Below, piece by piece: positions 1 to 9,884 of a stretch of 64,000 nucleotides of DNA (positions within the stretch are counted from its first letter, which is position 1; every line of letters starts with the position of its first letter). The notes under the pieces are model-generated. The model saw only the letters and a program-made list of their open reading frames with translations. It searched no databases and was not told where the DNA came from. The stretch lies in the sequence record MW845759.1. The stretch is one strand, 5' to 3'. The position numbers and the translations under genes are program-made.

Positions 1-1
1 C

Positions 2-430
2 GTTGGGGAACGTTTTGACTTCATCGCTAACGCCGGCTTGCACTATCCCATCAAAGCCACGCCTGAACAGGTGGTTGAGCGTGAGAACTCTATTAGCGAT
101 AGTCTGCACAGTATCCGTATTCCGGCTGTGTCTCAGTTGTATCTGTTAGAGCAGGTACACCGCCACCACCTCGTGTATCGTTACTGGCTGTTTGTCCCAG
201 AGCCTTGCCCGGCTGAAGGGTATCAGGTTAACCCTGACCGGACGACCGTCATTAATGGCAGAACCGTCAAGTGGGATGCAGACAGTGCATTTGCCCACAA
301 TCGTCTTTTTGTGCTGCGCCGTGACCAGGACGGGTTCACTTACGAATCCGGGTTTGTCGAAGCAGCCGGAAAGAAAGTAGCTGTACCTGCAATGATGGAA
401 CTCATCAACCGCCACTGGCCACAACGTTAG
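2..430 (+). CDS. Hypothetical phage protein, 5'-truncated by the window edge
   Basis: Frame is open from base 2 (VGERFDFIANAGLHY...), so the TTG at 38 in the ORF track is probably internal. Confidence 0.7.
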   Translation, partial: VGERFDFIANAGLHYPIKATPEQVVERENSISDSLHSIRIPAVSQLYLLEQVHRHHLVYRYWLFVPEPCPAEGYQVNPDRTTVINGRTVKWDADSAFAHNRLFVLRRDQDGFTYESGFVEAAGKKVAVPAMMELINRHWPQR

Positions 431-463
431 TCGATTTACTACTCTAATAATCGGAGATATCTC

Positions 464-964
464 ATGACCGCAATCTTAACGCACGTTACCACCGAAGGCG
501 AACAGGAACTGCTACCTTTCGCTAAGATGTCGGGTAACTACTCAGACCACGACCGGATGTTTAAGTTAGGCGATATCCTGACGGGGAATATCCGCGCCAT
601 GCAACAGAATGGCATGATGGATTTACAGAAGTACAAATACGTTTACGTTCACGACTTTGTTCGGGACGACGGTAAAATCATCGACGATTATCACGAACGT
701 TCCAGTGATATCTCCATCACCATGTTCGGTTCGAACGAAAACCTTGCTATCAAACAAGTATACTCTCCAGACGAAGGTTACACTTATTCCTTCGAACAGA
801 ACGGCGGATTGGACGGAACCATCTGGGGATTAACCGTACAAGGTGGGCAAGCGGTAGTTCAGCCAATTGAGCGGGGTGGTAGAAATGACAGCATACTGCC
901 GGGTCACCTGCGCAAACCCTTTGAAGCTTTACTCGGTTACATGAACCACGGGATGAAACTGTAA
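464..964 (+). CDS. Hypothetical protein (166 aa)
   Basis: GGAGA SD upstream; stop overlaps the next start (TAATG). Confidence 0.85.
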   Translation: MTAILTHVTTEGEQELLPFAKMSGNYSDHDRMFKLGDILTGNIRAMQQNGMMDLQKYKYVYVHDFVRDDGKIIDDYHERSSDISITMFGSNENLAIKQVYSPDEGYTYSFEQNGGLDGTIWGLTVQGGQAVVQPIERGGRNDSILPGHLRKPFEALLGYMNHGMKL

Positions 965-1464
965 TGGCAACTATCCACACTCTTTCTGGTGCAGTTAAAT
1001 TACCTACCGATGTTTCCGCACACTTCCGCTCGGCACACACCTTGGCCAGAACTATCGATACACAAGTTTACCAGCCGCTGGTCATGGCTTTAGAAAAGCA
1101 ATCGATGCGTGCGGACGTGTCCAACATCGTGCTGGTTGAAACCATGACCATGGATGTTGCTGAAGCCATTACGCTCTCGTACAGCATGGGCTTTAATCTC
1201 CCACTGGAATTAGCTGCGGAGGTTCGTGGTTTGGAACTGGAAAATGGGGAAGTGATGCTCATTACCGGTAAGCTCGAACGAGTAGACGCTGAGCTGGTCA
1301 GAATGCGCCGGTCTATCATTATCACCCCGACCCAAATCAATGCGATGTCAGTTGACGGTAATATGCTTGATGAGTCGCTGGCGTTCATTCTACAAAAACA
1401 GATGATGGAATTCAAAGGACTATACCCGCATCATCCAGTCAGTGATGCTGTGAAAGCACTGTAA
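964..1464 (+). CDS. Hypothetical protein (166 aa)
   Basis: Translationally coupled to the previous ORF; followed by a hairpin. Confidence 0.85.
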   Translation: MATIHTLSGAVKLPTDVSAHFRSAHTLARTIDTQVYQPLVMALEKQSMRADVSNIVLVETMTMDVAEAITLSYSMGFNLPLELAAEVRGLELENGEVMLITGKLERVDAELVRMRRSIIITPTQINAMSVDGNMLDESLAFILQKQMMEFKGLYPHHPVSDAVKAL

Positions 1465-1471
1465 TAAAATC

Positions 1472-1493
1472 GGGGGTTTTTTACGAGACCCCC
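1472..1493 (+). terminator. Hairpin GGGGGT/ACCCCC
   Basis: Inverted repeat directly after the stop at 1464; weak U-tract. Confidence 0.45.
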
Positions 1494-1528
1494 TCTTACT
1501 ATACATCCACTGCTATGGAATTATTCTA

Positions 1529-2455
1529 ATGTCACATCTCGAAAATCAATTACGTAACTTTCACATGTCGTCGTCACAGTCTCTTTTACTTCGCCAGCTT
1601 GGTGTATTGGATAACGATGCGGTTCTCGATTCCTCAGATACCACTGCAATTGAACGCAAAGCAATCCTGCAACTGGCGCAAGATGTTCTGAACGGGAAGA
1701 AGCTTTATCAGGTCAGAATTTCATCCGACGGTGAAGGTCCACGGCCACCGGCGAAACGCAAGCTGTGTAAACTTGATTTGGGCGGCTACGTTTATACCGA
1801 CAGTTATGCCGTCAGCACGATGACGTTTGCGCTGGTGTTCGGCATGGCCATCAGAACCTACGTCCATGAAAACCAGCACTGTATCTGCGTCGCCGAAGAT
1901 GGGGAAATCCAGTTTAACCTGTCAATGCTGGGCATCCAATATATATCTGTGTCGCAAGCTTTCACGGCGATGCCACAGCACGAAGAAATTTCTGACAAGC
2001 TGGGCCAGATCACCGCGTTCATCAAAGCAACATTACTGGCGCGGGGCAGGGTTAAATTCAATATAAACGGTGGGCTGGGTTGGGAGCAAGACCGCCATGT
2101 GCTCGCGCACTATATTCCTCGCCGGGGTACGTGGAAAGAATATAAGCAGTCGATGATTGTTAAGCTGCCTTTCCTTGGCGAGATGAGACAAATCGATATG
2201 CTGGTTGATTTATCGGACATTGTTTCCGATGCTCTCCCACGCGTTACGTTCCTGTACCAAAATATCGACGGCGATATTATCTCGCTCGAAAAACTGACGC
2301 CTGTACCGACCTGCAAGCCTGAAGACTACACTACCGATGTTATCTTCAGTCAGTACCACGACACGGTACTGCTTACTGCCGCCCTGTTCGATATCAAAGA
2401 TAACGTGCAGGAAATCGAACTCCTCAACACCTTCAAATTCTATTACAAGGGCTAA
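1529..2455 (+). CDS. Hypothetical protein (308 aa)
   Basis: Long ORF with phage-like composition; no motif recognised. Confidence 0.85.
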   Translation: MSHLENQLRNFHMSSSQSLLLRQLGVLDNDAVLDSSDTTAIERKAILQLAQDVLNGKKLYQVRISSDGEGPRPPAKRKLCKLDLGGYVYTDSYAVSTMTFALVFGMAIRTYVHENQHCICVAEDGEIQFNLSMLGIQYISVSQAFTAMPQHEEISDKLGQITAFIKATLLARGRVKFNINGGLGWEQDRHVLAHYIPRRGTWKEYKQSMIVKLPFLGEMRQIDMLVDLSDIVSDALPRVTFLYQNIDGDIISLEKLTPVPTCKPEDYTTDVIFSQYHDTVLLTAALFDIKDNVQEIELLNTFKFYYKG

Positions 2456-2458
2456 GAC

Positions 2459-3352
2459 ATGTCTCAACGTTTTAATAATTACTTCAGAGATTACAACCAC
2501 GTTCCGGATAAACGTGCGTTGATGCTCCGCACCGCGGGTCGTCTGATGATTGCCATTCTTTTCGACAAGCCGATTATTGTTATCGGTACCGATTATGACA
2601 ATCTGGAAGGCGAAGCGCGCGAAGGCGAGCTGGACGTTTCACTACTGGAGCGTCGTTTCCAGAATCGTACTAGCGTCAGTAAGATCGATGTGCCGGAATT
2701 CATCCCGGAAGAAATGCGCCACTGGCAAAATCACCCTAACTACAAAAACATCGACCTGCGTGCTGCGGTTGAATCCTCACACGCGGCTTTCGGCCTGCCA
2801 TTCCTCGAGCACTTCGGCGAGTTCTTCGAGCAGGTTGACGAACTGACGTGGAAAGTCGAACAGGGCCAACTGGTCTGTATTGATAAACCGGGTCTGCAAG
2901 CGGCTGCGCGTGAGTGGCTGGCCGCGTTCCGTGAGTCTCCGTACTACAGTGCAAAAGAAGCGGCGATGAATATCTCTCGCGACTTAACCACGTATATCGG
3001 GTTCATTGAAAACGGTGTACTGGACGAGCACGAGCGTACCCACACACTGAAGTCGGCACATCTGTACTTCATGCGCATGTTCCGTTGGCTGCCTCTGCCT
3101 GAAGCGTCAGACGGTTATGCGCTGTGGCGTCAAACACTGGAAGAAGACCTCGGCTTCCCGGACGAAATGTCCAGTGACTGGCCGCAGGTTTGGCCGTGTG
3201 GTCCGGTCGGGCATCCGGATGAACTCTTCGACCGCCAGTTCCCGATTGTCAAAACCGATACCAACCTCGGCGGCTTCGGTCAGGATGTCCACGGTGGTTA
3301 TGCGTTCTATCTGCCAGAGTACGTGGTAGCGCAGTATATGTTCGACTGCTAA
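2459..3352 (+). CDS. Hypothetical protein (297 aa)
   Basis: Starts 3 nt after the previous stop; ends at a terminator. Confidence 0.85.
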   Translation: MSQRFNNYFRDYNHVPDKRALMLRTAGRLMIAILFDKPIIVIGTDYDNLEGEAREGELDVSLLERRFQNRTSVSKIDVPEFIPEEMRHWQNHPNYKNIDLRAAVESSHAAFGLPFLEHFGEFFEQVDELTWKVEQGQLVCIDKPGLQAAAREWLAAFRESPYYSAKEAAMNISRDLTTYIGFIENGVLDEHERTHTLKSAHLYFMRMFRWLPLPEASDGYALWRQTLEEDLGFPDEMSSDWPQVWPCGPVGHPDELFDRQFPIVKTDTNLGGFGQDVHGGYAFYLPEYVVAQYMFDC

Positions 3353-3355
3353 TAC

Positions 3356-3390
3356 AAAGACCCCACTTCGGTGGGGCTCTTTATTTTTTT
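3356..3390 (+). terminator. Rho-independent terminator
   Basis: CCCCAC-TTCG-GTGGGG hairpin followed by a T-rich tract. Confidence 0.9.
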
Positions 3391-3462
3391 ATGAGATGGC
3401 CGTCTAGACGCACATTTTTTACAGTTCACCCGTTTGATATAGTAGAAAGGAGAGATTGCGCA

Positions 3463-3837
3463 ATGAAAAACTTTTTTGACTACTTGAGGGCGGGTGAGAT
3501 TCCTCGTGAAGTGGTTTACGACCGAAGCAAGTATAATACCTTCATGGCTTTTTTAGTTACCTCTCCGTACTTCAAGACTTTTTCCGATGAAATGACAACC
3601 GTGGAGGAACGGGTTCAGTTCGACCTGCCTGACGTAGTAGAGTGCCACTCAGCATTGTCGTTAGCTGACGTGTCTACAATGATAAAAAATCAAGACCATC
3701 TGGACTACTTACTGCGGTCACTGGTCGATAAGCTACTGCGTGGAGAGGATACATATGAGTCAGTCTTCGCAGCATTGCTTGACTACTATTACATGGTTCG
3801 TAACTATAACCGTTTCCCACTGAATACTGTACACTAA
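3463..3837 (+). CDS. Hypothetical protein (MKNFFDYL...)
   Basis: AAGGAG SD precedes ATG 3463; the 3391 start overlaps the terminator. Confidence 0.75.
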   Translation: MKNFFDYLRAGEIPREVVYDRSKYNTFMAFLVTSPYFKTFSDEMTTVEERVQFDLPDVVECHSALSLADVSTMIKNQDHLDYLLRSLVDKLLRGEDTYESVFAALLDYYYMVRNYNRFPLNTVH

Positions 3838-3859
3838 CTTCCGCGTGAGGAGAAAAACA

Positions 3860-4246
3860 ATGGGTAGAAAGATTAGCCCGGTGGATGTGGTTCGACTCCA
3901 CCCGGACGACCTTGCCAACATCAAACCGAAATCAGAACTGGATAAGAAATTCCTGACGGGAATTGAGTGGGGCTTTGCTCTGCATCCGGACGAGGTTCGT
4001 AACACACAGCAGCCATCCCTGAAGGGTCCAGTTGAAATTGACTGGCGTACCACTGCAGGACATGAAGATGTTGTGGAGGCGATTAATGCGGTCACCGTTA
4101 GTAGCGAAGACCTGCCAATTGCCGGTCCTGCTGAGCACCTGATTTCACTGCGTCGTTTCATTAACGCACAGGCCGAAGTTGTGCGTAACGGTGAAGCATG
4201 GCAACTCGGTACGGCACTTCACCTGAAGTCGGTATTCGGTGGATGA
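3860..4246 (+). CDS. Hypothetical protein (MGRKISP...)
   Basis: GAGGAG SD precedes ATG 3860. Confidence 0.8.
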   Translation: MGRKISPVDVVRLHPDDLANIKPKSELDKKFLTGIEWGFALHPDEVRNTQQPSLKGPVEIDWRTTAGHEDVVEAINAVTVSSEDLPIAGPAEHLISLRRFINAQAEVVRNGEAWQLGTALHLKSVFGG

Positions 4247-4297
4247 AAAAAGAAAAGACTACTCTCCCGTTGGGGAGAGTAGCTACTCTTATTTTTT
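4246..4297. terminator. Bidirectional terminator between convergent genes
   Basis: CTACTCTCCC-GTTG-GGGAGAGTAG (4259-4282) with an A-tract on the left and a T-tract on the right. Confidence 0.85.
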
Positions 4298-5108
4298 ATA
4301 CTGCGAAGCGACCACCGCTACGGTAGTTATCACGGTTACCTTGGTCATCGTTGTGGATGAGTGCGCGCTTACACACAAGCAGCTGGTCATCGTACGACTG
4401 TCCGGCATCGCGGTACTCTTCCACGAAGTCTTTGAACTTATCGAACGACACACCGTTTTCTAAACGGGCGATGTCCAAGTCCAACGACAGGTGGTTGTAG
4501 ATGTACTGCTTGGTCGCCCACGATGCCAGTTGCGCCACAGCGGGGTAGAACGGTTGTTTAATCTCGTTCAGCTCTGGCGAGAACTTGGTACGCACTTTTA
4601 AACGGGTACCGTACTGGAACATCCCCGGGTCTTTAATCGACACGGTGTTCGGGCCCAGCACAATCACTTCAGAGGAAGTCAGTCGTGGCATCGCGGAGTG
4701 GGAGTTCAGCATTTGTTCGGTACTGGACACTACCCCTGAAGTCGAACCGGTTAAGTACGACCCGGCAGGTGGCATGGTGTAGGCTTGTCCGGCTACTGGC
4801 GTTCCGGCTAAATGGGCAGCGATAATATCTTTGCCGCCTGTCTGCTCTTCCGAAATCCGGTAGATGCGGGTAAACTGGTCGTGCGGGTCTTGCTCGTAGG
4901 TCAACCCCGAAAGTTCGATTTCTTTTAACTGGCCGAATTGGGACAGGTCGGGGATAACAGTATCCTTTAAGACCTTCTCCACAATCTGGTTTTCAATCGA
5001 AGCCGGTGCGCCAAATAAACGCATCCCGGGTTCAATGAAAGTCGCGTCCAGAATCGGTTTCGGGATATTCCGTCGAATCATTCTGAGGCATGCGTCGATG
5101 GCACTCAT
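4296..5108 (-). CDS. Conserved phiKZ-like protein, probably virion/neck-associated (270 aa)
   Basis: Lone minus-strand gene with GGAG SD; function inferred only from composition and context. Confidence 0.6.
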   Translation of the reverse strand: MSAIDACLRMIRRNIPKPILDATFIEPGMRLFGAPASIENQIVEKVLKDTVIPDLSQFGQLKEIELSGLTYEQDPHDQFTRIYRISEEQTGGKDIIAAHLAGTPVAGQAYTMPPAGSYLTGSTSGVVSSTEQMLNSHSAMPRLTSSEVIVLGPNTVSIKDPGMFQYGTRLKVRTKFSPELNEIKQPFYPAVAQLASWATKQYIYNHLSLDLDIARLENGVSFDKFKDFVEEYRDAGQSYDDQLLVCKRALIHNDDQGNRDNYRSGGRFAV

Positions 5109-5226
5109 TATAAGCTCCTGGAAGTCGTTGTGCGGGGTTCATAGCATCTGGATAACCCTACCCCACACGGGAAATGTTTTTTACAACACCGACCCATTCT
5201 TTGGGGGTTCAGTCAATCTAATTAGA

Positions 5227-5246
5227 AACATATATTATCTGTAGGA
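5227..5246 (+). promoter_or_regulatory. Putative early (virion RNAP) promoter
   Basis: AACATATATTATCTGTAGGA matches a motif seen at six intergenic sites and resembles the phiKZ early consensus TATATTAC. Confidence 0.6.
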
Positions 5247-5269
5247 AGCAGTATACATGTGGAGTTTCT

Positions 5270-5617
5270 ATGTCTGAAATTATTCTATACATACCTCCGG
5301 TAGATTTAACAGCAATGGGCCGCGTTTACGCAGTGCGCTATTTGTCACTCATCGAGCTGGCCCGAGCCATAGAGAATTTGATTTACCCGGGGCGTCACTT
5401 AGACATAAGTGATGCGTACAATACTTTCGCCGAAGCGTTCTTCTCAACTGACCTATGGTACATGATTTCCATCTTAGGTGAAGAAGCGCCTCTGCTATTC
5501 AAAGAAATTAACGGAGCACTAGTCGCATGTACAACTTTAAATTCTACCCAGCTGACGTACATGGTTGGTTCTGGGATGCGATTCAGAAAACAGGTTATGC
5601 CGATGCGCTGCGCATGA
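5270..5617 (+). CDS. Hypothetical protein, first of a coupled cassette
   Basis: GGAG SD; ATGA overlap with the next gene. Confidence 0.75.
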   Translation: MSEIILYIPPVDLTAMGRVYAVRYLSLIELARAIENLIYPGRHLDISDAYNTFAEAFFSTDLWYMISILGEEAPLLFKEINGALVACTTLNSTQLTYMVGSGMRFRKQVMPMRCA

Positions 5618-6135
5618 GGACACGTGATCAGGAGCAAATGACTGTTGACATGCTCAACTGTGCACTGTTCCACACGTTCAAATCCGTTGAAGCAATCGTT
5701 GGCTTTACACCGGAAGAGTTGTTAGCGAAACACATTAACCCTGAGCTGCTGTTTGAAATGATGCAGGCCAATGGGGAAGCCCGTCCAGTTCGCCATGTGG
5801 TTGTGAAAACAGTGCGCTCACAACTGTTTGACCCGACTGCGCCATTGATGCATGTTCCGGATGTGATTGTCCGTCGCCCGGAAGATGTGGAACTGGCGTA
5901 CATGGCATTTAACAACGCGTTCCTTGGATTCCGTGACCAAATAGAATTAATGATTCGCCGTGTGTTGGGTGACAAGTTCAACCGCTATGCTATAGCTGAG
6001 CTGTCAATTGTGGCCGACGCTCAAGAACGAGTCCGTGCGCTGAATCTTAAAATCCACGGCGACATCCGACACAAATTTTACATGGAACAATTCCCCGATG
6101 GCCGATTTAACAGCGGAAAGGGTGGTGGGCATTGA
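5614..6135 (+). CDS. Hypothetical protein (MRTRDQEQM...)
   Basis: ATG at 5614 overlaps the TGA of the previous gene; preferred over the 5527 start. Confidence 0.75.
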   Translation: MRTRDQEQMTVDMLNCALFHTFKSVEAIVGFTPEELLAKHINPELLFEMMQANGEARPVRHVVVKTVRSQLFDPTAPLMHVPDVIVRRPEDVELAYMAFNNAFLGFRDQIELMIRRVLGDKFNRYAIAELSIVADAQERVRALNLKIHGDIRHKFYMEQFPDGRFNSGKGGGH

Positions 6136-6490
6136 TGTAATTCTAACCACCGCATGGTCAACCCTGATTTTGGACGATGATGAACGAGAGTACCATTTAT
6201 TCTCTCACTACCAGCGTCACGTTCTTTTAAAAGACATCTTGCACGGCTTATTCCCAAACTATTTAGAAACCTTCAATGAGTGGGGGGCGTTCGACATGGC
6301 TTTCACTCATCGGTTGGTTTGCTCATACATCCGTGAAGCGCGGATGGAGTTATCCCGACTCATCGGCCTTGAGTTAATGCGGGCCATGCGCGGGTGTATG
6401 GGTATCCCGAAAGGGTATCGCGTTTACTATCGTATCGACGGAAAAGCGCTTCGCTATTATCCGCACCGGTCGAGGAGGTATGATGGTTAA
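6098..6490 (+). CDS. Hypothetical protein
   Basis: Fills the gap in the cassette; true start may be GTG 6122 or 6125. Confidence 0.7.
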   Translation: MADLTAERVVGIDVILTTAWSTLILDDDEREYHLFSHYQRHVLLKDILHGLFPNYLETFNEWGAFDMAFTHRLVCSYIREARMELSRLIGLELMRAMRGCMGIPKGYRVYYRIDGKALRYYPHRSRRYDG

Positions 6491-6878
6491 GCTTACCCAC
6501 CGGGTAATTTATTTCGACTTGTCTCCCGTCTATCAAGCATTACGTGCTCCGATGACTAAGGCGGGTGGGGACAGTGTAGATTTTTACCTGTCTATTGGTG
6601 AGTATGACCACTTGGTCCGGCAGATTGTTCTGCTTGAATTGCTCACCCGCACCGGACACATTACGTTTTGTTCGGCGCAGTTAGCATTGAAGCGCTATGC
6701 GCGGGACATGGACTTTATCCTCTGTTTCCCGCAAGCCTTCAATCTGTTAGAAAGCGAATTGGGTAATTCACGTGATGTCTTCCACGCGGTGGAGGACGCT
6801 ATCCCGGTACCTATCAATCCATACACAATGATGGAACCTGTGACAGGTTCTATCTGGGCATTTATCACAGGAGCCTAA
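6480..6878 (+). CDS. Hypothetical protein
   Basis: GAGGAGG SD; overlaps the previous stop. Confidence 0.8.
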   Translation: MMVKLTHRVIYFDLSPVYQALRAPMTKAGGDSVDFYLSIGEYDHLVRQIVLLELLTRTGHITFCSAQLALKRYARDMDFILCFPQAFNLLESELGNSRDVFHAVEDAIPVPINPYTMMEPVTGSIWAFITGA

Positions 6879-6879
6879 C

Positions 6880-7383
6880 ATGCAAGACACTCGCGACGAG
6901 TATTATCTGATTCCGGACTACCAGACTTTAGTAGGGCAGTTAACGGAATTCGACCCGGGCTCTCTGCTCGCGGCGGTTTGTGAAGACGTCAACAAGATGC
7001 TCAACTATGTGTTGATGCTGCGTGAAGATAACGACGAAATCCCCACCATGATGGAAAGCACCATGCAGTATATCCATCGTGAAATGGCAGAACGTAAAGT
7101 TATCCTGACGACGGAACAGGCGCTGGAGTACGGACGCTTAGTGGGTCAGCTGGTACGTGCGTACATCAGTGCGATTACCGGCACCTATTTTTGGTTCACT
7201 CGTCATGCACAGTGGGTAGCAGCCCGTTACTGTGGCGATGGTTCTGGCTCAGTGGAGTTCGTGCTGCGTTACGGCGTGGTTAAACTGCCTGAGTACGAAG
7301 ACCCGGCGGTGGTTCGTGCGCTCGGTCCGGAAGTGTCGACGAAACTCGACATGCTGGCTGGCCGCCTGGGAGCGAGCCTATGA
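6880..7383 (+). CDS. Hypothetical protein
   Basis: AGGAG SD; ATGA overlap with the next gene. Confidence 0.85.
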   Translation: MQDTRDEYYLIPDYQTLVGQLTEFDPGSLLAAVCEDVNKMLNYVLMLREDNDEIPTMMESTMQYIHREMAERKVILTTEQALEYGRLVGQLVRAYISAITGTYFWFTRHAQWVAARYCGDGSGSVEFVLRYGVVKLPEYEDPAVVRALGPEVSTKLDMLAGRLGASL

Positions 7384-7925
7384 CACGTGTTATGTATTCA
7401 GCGATGGATGCAATACACGCCTACGGTATTGAGAGCTTCGCGGCTCTCATTCGCGAAAACCTTGTTGTTGGCCTTGATGGGGTCAATGTCGAGGTTTTCG
7501 ACGATGCCAATTTTTATCGCGTGTTTGCCTACGCGTATATCGCGGGTGCCATGAGTGGCAGTTCACAGGTCTTCTTAGAAGCTTTCGGTGTCGACAACGT
7601 TGAACCCTTAGACCTTCAAACGGGGCCGTTGGTTGTGAACTGGAACCCGCCCGGACAACCTGAAGACATCGTTGGATTTACGTTGGGCGATGATGATCCT
7701 AACGATTTAATCGATAACGACTTCAGCACTTTTATTCTCCCATTCACCATTGATTCAACGGAAGCGGATACAGTCGAAGTGACCAGTCGCTATGTTGAGC
7801 TGCTGAACAAAGAACTGTTCTCGCAGACAGGTCTGGTCAGTGTGATTAAATCGATGTTCCCGGGTAAGTACGTTGACTACAGAGGCGACGACCTCTTTAC
7901 CATGGTTGTCGTATGTGACGTATGA
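7380..7925 (+). CDS. Hypothetical acidic protein
   Basis: Coupled by ATGA overlaps on both sides. Confidence 0.85.
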   Translation: MTRVMYSAMDAIHAYGIESFAALIRENLVVGLDGVNVEVFDDANFYRVFAYAYIAGAMSGSSQVFLEAFGVDNVEPLDLQTGPLVVNWNPPGQPEDIVGFTLGDDDPNDLIDNDFSTFILPFTIDSTEADTVEVTSRYVELLNKELFSQTGLVSVIKSMFPGKYVDYRGDDLFTMVVVCDV

Positions 7926-8359
7926 AATTAATCCTGACTCTTGAAGACATCATTCCCCGTAAGAACGTTACGGAGACGGTTGGCTTCATGCTAAAGGAAG
8001 GTATGCGTGAGCCGGTGGCTCACGCGCTTATCTTTATTTTAGCGCAAACCTTTGTTAGTAACCTCACGGTCAATGCTCAGGTCGGTGAGGGTGAGTTTGC
8101 CATGTTTACGGCACCGCCGATTAGCTGTGGCAAGCTTGCGGTCATAATCAAAAGAATGTTTCCGAACGATTCGATTATTCCGATAAAGATGTGGGGGACG
8201 GGGTGGGGTGATTTCCAACCCAGCTATTTTAATTATGATAGACTCGTCACCATTCTTGGCGCGATGGACATGCTCTATCGCAAGGATGTTATTATCGGTC
8301 AAGTTATTAAAGGACCATCGGATACCCTCATCACCGTGGAACGCCCTTTTTCATTATGA
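7922..8359 (+). CDS. Hypothetical protein
   Basis: ATGA overlap with the previous gene. Confidence 0.8.
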   Translation: MKLILTLEDIIPRKNVTETVGFMLKEGMREPVAHALIFILAQTFVSNLTVNAQVGEGEFAMFTAPPISCGKLAVIIKRMFPNDSIIPIKMWGTGWGDFQPSYFNYDRLVTILGAMDMLYRKDVIIGQVIKGPSDTLITVERPFSL

Positions 8360-8416
8360 CCTAACTTTTTACATTTTATTCAACCTGTATAAGTGCAGGT
8401 TAACCAGAGGTTGAAA

Positions 8417-9028
8417 ATGAGTAAGTACAATATCGTTATTGTGGGGCCGGTGTATCAGGACCACGGTATCATCGATTATCTGCAGGACTCCGAGCCGTTC
8501 ATGGAGTTAATGGAAAATTGGCAGCGCCAGTTACAAGTCTGTCTGGTTAACCTCAGTAAAGAAAACCTCGAAGCCATCGTTCCAGGCGAAGGGGAGTTCT
8601 ACGAAGAGCTGGCGTCGCGTATTTCCAACTCCATCCTGCAGCAGTATAACTTCGTCGTACCGTTAGACATCCGCATCCGTCTGCACGATTTCATGAAGAC
8701 CGTGTCGGACGAATACCGGGCGTGGGAGTTTGACCAAGGCATCTCTTCAGATGTGCGTGAGGATGACTACACCGAAGGTCTGCGCATTATTCATGGCCTG
8801 CACAAAAACAGTGCCGGGCATGCGGAAGACGCCGGGCTGCTGTCCGTTTACTTTGCCGATCGTGTGGCGCGTGGTGTTGCTCAGTCGATTCACGAAGGGT
8901 ATAAAGACCCGCTGGCATTTTTTATGAAGCGACACCAGAAAGATTTCAAAGGGGGACTGATGCGCCTCACGTTCAGTGATAAATCGCGCTTAGTCAAGTT
9001 CCAACTCTCCCTCACGATGGAGGATTAA
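8417..9028 (+). CDS. Hypothetical protein (MSKYNIVIVG...)
   Basis: GAGG SD before ATG 8417. Confidence 0.8.
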   Translation: MSKYNIVIVGPVYQDHGIIDYLQDSEPFMELMENWQRQLQVCLVNLSKENLEAIVPGEGEFYEELASRISNSILQQYNFVVPLDIRIRLHDFMKTVSDEYRAWEFDQGISSDVREDDYTEGLRIIHGLHKNSAGHAEDAGLLSVYFADRVARGVAQSIHEGYKDPLAFFMKRHQKDFKGGLMRLTFSDKSRLVKFQLSLTMED

Positions 9029-9436
9029 ATGTTTGATATCAGCACCGTGCCCCATGGCTCGGTAGTCAACATCACGTACGATACGCCACTGCTCGGTACC
9101 GAGCAGTACGTTGAGGTGCTCGGCACTTCCTGCGGCTACAAGATGGCCATGGAGATTGAGGACGTCAACGCTATTCACCAGAACATCTACTCTTCCCTTG
9201 AAGCGCAGCCGACCAATAACCTGACGGCGTACAACTTCATTGTGTTCGTAGACAGTGAAGGTAAGCAGCGTGTTGCGGCTGATGCGTGGATTCGTAACAT
9301 CACCGTGGTGAAAAAGATTAAAGCACAATGCACCGTTGAGATTGACAGCGTCGATGAAATCGAACACATTCGTAAAGCCCTCGCCGCGCGTGGACTGAAT
9401 GATGTCGTCATCACGGTCATTGAAGTACAAGGTTAA
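9029..9436 (+). CDS. Conserved phiKZ-like core hypothetical protein (gp49-like position)
   Basis: GGAGG SD; biased codons; beta-rich SH3-like N-terminus; lies upstream of the polymerase. Confidence 0.7.
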   Translation: MFDISTVPHGSVVNITYDTPLLGTEQYVEVLGTSCGYKMAMEIEDVNAIHQNIYSSLEAQPTNNLTAYNFIVFVDSEGKQRVAADAWIRNITVVKKIKAQCTVEIDSVDEIEHIRKALAARGLNDVVITVIEVQG

Positions 9437-9460
9437 GGGGCTCCGGCCCCTTTATTTTTT
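9437..9460 (+). terminator. Rho-independent terminator
   Basis: GGGGC-TCCG-GCCCC followed by a T-tract. Confidence 0.85.
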
Positions 9461-9484
9461 GGCACACACAGCAACCGGATACCC

Positions 9485-9781
9485 ATGAACCGCATAGAAG
9501 GCGTTGTAAGCGCGTATAATACCGACCCCGAGAAACCCACCGTTACTGTAACCGCTACTGATACGGGTCGTGACTATACGGCACGCATTTGGTTTGACCG
9601 CAAATTCTGGCGGGGGCTTCGCATCGGTGACACAGTCATCTTGCAGAAGAACAAACAGGATGAGTACCACCTTAAAACGTTGCTGAAAGTCGGCGAAGGC
9701 GAAGGGCTAGACTTCGGTAAGAAGTTCCCAAAACCGTGGTCGCCGCCTGAGGGTCAAGAAGACCAATACCGTATTCAGTAA
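9485..9781 (+). CDS. Small putative OB-fold nucleic-acid-binding protein
   Basis: IEGVVSAYN...LRIGDTVIL pattern resembles cold-shock/S1-like barrels. Confidence 0.5.
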   Translation: MNRIEGVVSAYNTDPEKPTVTVTATDTGRDYTARIWFDRKFWRGLRIGDTVILQKNKQDEYHLKTLLKVGEGEGLDFGKKFPKPWSPPEGQEDQYRIQ

Positions 9782-9824
9782 TTTAGTATGCAGAATAATG
9801 ATTGCTTGACTGAGTCTAACTCAG

Positions 9825-9867
9825 CCCAGACTCCCTAACGGGGTCTGGGTTTCTTTTTCTTTTTTTA
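9825..9867 (+). terminator. Rho-independent terminator
   Basis: CCCAGAC(T)CCC-TAAC-GGGGTCTGGG followed by a T-tract. Confidence 0.8.
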
Positions 9868-9884
9868 CGCTTGGCTGGTTTAAT

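Noticed and set aside
464-1464. Two adjacent ORFs of identical length (166 aa) as a possible duplication
   Set aside because: No sequence similarity is visible at the protein or DNA level.
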